Shown one piece after another: positions 61,658-64,000 of a stretch of 64,000 nucleotides of DNA (within the stretch, counting starts at the first letter, position 1; each line of letters starts with the position of its first letter). The notes below the pieces were generated by a model. It was given only the letters and a program-made list of their open reading frames with translations, was not told the origin of the DNA and searched no databases. Source of the DNA: a bacterium (lineage in GTDB: Bacteria > Patescibacteriota > UBA1384 > CAILIB01 > JAUSJZ01). The stretch is taken from NCBI GenBank assembly GCA_030647115.1, contig JAUSJZ010000010.1:4540-68539 (forward strand), in the 5' to 3' direction. The position numbers and the translations under genes were made by a program.

Positions 61658-63999
61658 TAGTTCCACTCACCTGGTTAAAACAGTACGTTAATATTAAATC
61701 AACCCCGGCCGTTTTAGCCGAGCGCCTGACGCTACAGGCCGCTGAAGTTGAGGAGATAATTGAACCGCCACTGCCGGTAACGACCGCTCTAGTGGCTACC
61801 GTCATTGATATCAAGCCCCACCCCAACGCCGACCGCTTAAAACTGGTAACCGTGACCCTTAAGGGGACCACCAAAACAATCGTCTGTGGCGCACCCAACG
61901 TTGAGGTTGAGATGGTCGTCCCCTTTATACCGGTAGGAGGCTACTATTTTGACAATGAAGAGAATCTGTTGACACTAGGCAATGCAACAATTAGAGGAAT
62001 AGATTCGGCCGGTATGCTCGCCAGTGAACGTGATTTAGGAATTTCTGATTCGCATTCCGGCCTGATGGTCTTGCCTGATAGCGCCAAAAATAAAAAAACC
62101 GTCAGTGGTGCTCTAGAGTTAAATAGTGCGGTCTTTAAACTAGAGATTACCCCCAACCGGTCAGATCTCTTCTCGATAATCGGCCTCGCCCGAGAAGTAT
62201 CCTACATTGAAAAGACCAGGTTGACGCTACCTAGTTTCGGAACCTTCAGCCACCAAGAATCACTCGCTCTCCTTAAACCAACCGTCAAGACAGACTTCTG
62301 TTCGCGTTACTGCACCATTGTTATCAACCACATTGAGAACCAAAATTCGCCCAGCTGGTTGTCGAACAGGTTAAGATTAGCCAGTATACGACCCATCAAT
62401 GCCATTGTGGATATCACCAACTACGTCATGTTAGAATACGGCCAGCCGTTGCACGCCTTTGATTATGACCAACTGAAACAGACCGATAAGGGTGTTAACC
62501 TCGAGGTGAGACCGGCGAAGAATAATGAGACGCTCATCGCCCTAGACGGAGTCAATTATCAGCTAAAGACAACCGACACCGTCATTGCCGATGATGAAGG
62601 GGTACTGGCCCTAGCCGGTATTATTGGTGGTACGAGAACGGCCGTTAGTTATCAGACAAAAACCATCTTGCTGGAGTCAGCTATCTTTCACCCTGGTAAC
62701 ACTCGACGCACGGCCAATCGGCTCGGTTTAAGAACCGAATCATTAACCAGATTTGAAAAGGGTCTCGACCCTGATCTACAAATTATCGCTTTAAAAAGGG
62801 CGGCTACCTTGATAAACGACATCTGTGGCGGTAAACCAACCGGTAAATTATTTGATCTCAATTTCATTCGCAAAAAAACGGTCACTATTACCGTCTCTTT
62901 AGAACGCATTAGACAGCTGGTCGGTATTAACTTTGAGAAACAGTTTGCCAAAAATGCGCTGTCAGCCCTCGGTTTTCAGGTAACTAGTACCAGTCAGTTT
63001 GGTTTGCGAGTAACACCACCGTCGTGGCGGTTGGATATTGAACGAGAAGAGGATATTGTCGAGGAACTAGTACGACTTTACGGTTATGATAATCTTCCCA
63101 ACACCCTGCCAATCGGCACCGCGATTGACCTGCCGCAGACAACGAACGAATATTCATTAACGCGCTCTATTAGGTCATTAGTGACAGCAGCCGGTGTAAC
63201 CGATATTATTTCACAACCTTTCTTAAGTTCTAAAGATGCCACTTTATTTCACCTCAATAAATCAAGTCTGGTCAAGATTAATAACCCCACTACCGTAAAT
63301 GAACAGTATTTACGCCCCAATATTACCAGTCTATTATTGCGCCGAGTGGGCACGAACAGTATTGAGAACGAATCACTGCTAATGGCCGAAATTGGCCACG
63401 TGTTTAGTCATAGCCAAAATAGAATTAGCGAGAGCGTCCACTTGGGGCTTGTCTCACTGACCAAAGAGCCGGTAGCTCAAGCCCGTCTGATAAAGGGCAT
63501 ACTTTCAAACATTGGTATCGTTACGGAAAAAGAATTCCCGGTAGTCTTTAGTAACAGTTCGGCGACGTCAAGGTTAGTACGACCAGGGCACGAAATAATA
63601 ATTACCAATAATAAACGGGTGGGTTGGTTGGGTTTGGTAAGTAACACCGTCACCCAGGCACTCAAACTGAAAGGTAACCGTTACGTGGTAGCGGCAGAAC
63701 TCAACTTAGATGGGCTAATCAACAGCCCCTCATTAATTCAGCTGTACCAGAAGCCAAGCATTTATCCGGCCTCTTCTAGAGATCTGTCTCTTTCATTACC
63801 AATGGCTGAACCAGCTAATTTGGTGATCACTCACCTGAAAAAAGGGGTTGATTACCTGAAAGATGTTTTAGTTATTGATGAATACTACCAACCGACCTGG
63901 CGTAGTTTAACATTGCGGTTTGTCTTCCAATCGGATAACCGTACTCTGACCGAGAGCAATATTGATGGTAGTCTAAAACAGCTCAAACACAATATTAGT
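61654..63999 (+). CDS. pheT: phenylalanine--tRNA ligase beta subunit (3'-truncated by window end)
   Basis: ATGA overlap with the pheS stop. An open frame runs through the end of the window. The N-terminus is MIVPLTWLKQYV.., followed by a tRNA-binding domain. It is not in the ORF track because there is no stop in the window. Confidence 0.85.
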   Translation, partial: MIVPLTWLKQYVNIKSTPAVLAERLTLQAAEVEEIIEPPLPVTTALVATVIDIKPHPNADRLKLVTVTLKGTTKTIVCGAPNVEVEMVVPFIPVGGYYFDNEENLLTLGNATIRGIDSAGMLASERDLGISDSHSGLMVLPDSAKNKKTVSGALELNSAVFKLEITPNRSDLFSIIGLAREVSYIEKTRLTLPSFGTFSHQESLALLKPTVKTDFCSRYCTIVINHIENQNSPSWLSNRLRLASIRPINAIVDITNYVMLEYGQPLHAFDYDQLKQTDKGVNLEVRPAKNNETLIALDGVNYQLKTTDTVIADDEGVLALAGIIGGTRTAVSYQTKTILLESAIFHPGNTRRTANRLGLRTESLTRFEKGLDPDLQIIALKRAATLINDICGGKPTGKLFDLNFIRKKTVTITVSLERIRQLVGINFEKQFAKNALSALGFQVTSTSQFGLRVTPPSWRLDIEREEDIVEELVRLYGYDNLPNTLPIGTAIDLPQTTNEYSLTRSIRSLVTAAGVTDIISQPFLSSKDATLFHLNKSSLVKINNPTTVNEQYLRPNITSLLLRRVGTNSIENESLLMAEIGHVFSHSQNRISESVHLGLVSLTKEPVAQARLIKGILSNIGIVTEKEFPVVFSNSSATSRLVRPGHEIIITNNKRVGWLGLVSNTVTQALKLKGNRYVVAAELNLDGLINSPSLIQLYQKPSIYPASSRDLSLSLPMAEPANLVITHLKKGVDYLKDVLVIDEYYQPTWRSLTLRFVFQSDNRTLTESNIDGSLKQLKHNIS

Positions 64000-64000
64000 A

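Overview
This 64 kb window reads as a compact, almost entirely plus-strand stretch of core genes from a small bacterial genome with roughly 47% GC. The gene content is consistent with a Candidate Phyla Radiation (Patescibacteria) organism, but that lineage call is inference from content only. Coding features are reported only where a recognisable family or motif supports them; other six-frame ORFs are listed as rejected, not as genes.

- **1-6 kb:** a minus-strand bactofilin plus DAGK-like lipid kinase pair, then uvrA, a small SD-equipped ORF, an RNase P RNA (rnpB) the ORF track cannot see, and a minus-strand transglutaminase-like gene.
- **6.0-6.55 kb:** a minus-strand tRNA-Gln(UUG) followed by two extra copies of its 3'-terminal ~17 nt. 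The copies are separated by modular hairpin cassettes with the same architecture but different stem sequences. This is the most anomalous non-coding structure in the window.
- **6.5-15.8 kb:** a GNAT gene, a membrane protein, an orphan cytoplasmic GAF/PAS histidine kinase, and an operon rpe-like / gap / split transketolase (N and C halves) / class II FBP aldolase / PfkB kinase / 2-hydroxyacid dehydrogenase.
- **16.2-24.9 kb:** a cell-surface locus. It holds a polyprenyl-phosphate sugar transferase, a GT4, a polytopic protein with carboxypeptidase-regulatory-like domains, a 1205-aa secreted tail-fibre-like protein whose C-terminal region resembles a Peptidase S74 intramolecular-chaperone (auto-cleaving) domain, and a GT2.
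- **25-33 kb:** gyrB-gyrA with a short-form infB overlapping the gyrA stop, a LysM-M23 peptidase and obg.
- **33.4 kb to the window end:** rpoB-rpoC, rpsL-rpsG-fusA-tuf, then the S10/spc/alpha ribosomal cluster running into rplQ-rplM-rpsI, pheS and a truncated pheT. Lineage-typical oddities include no L30, a Zn-type short S14, a short L3, a LysM membrane protein translationally coupled between secY and adk, and IF-1 with a C-terminal extension overlapping rpmJ. rpmC and rpmJ were found by hand because the ORF track omits them.
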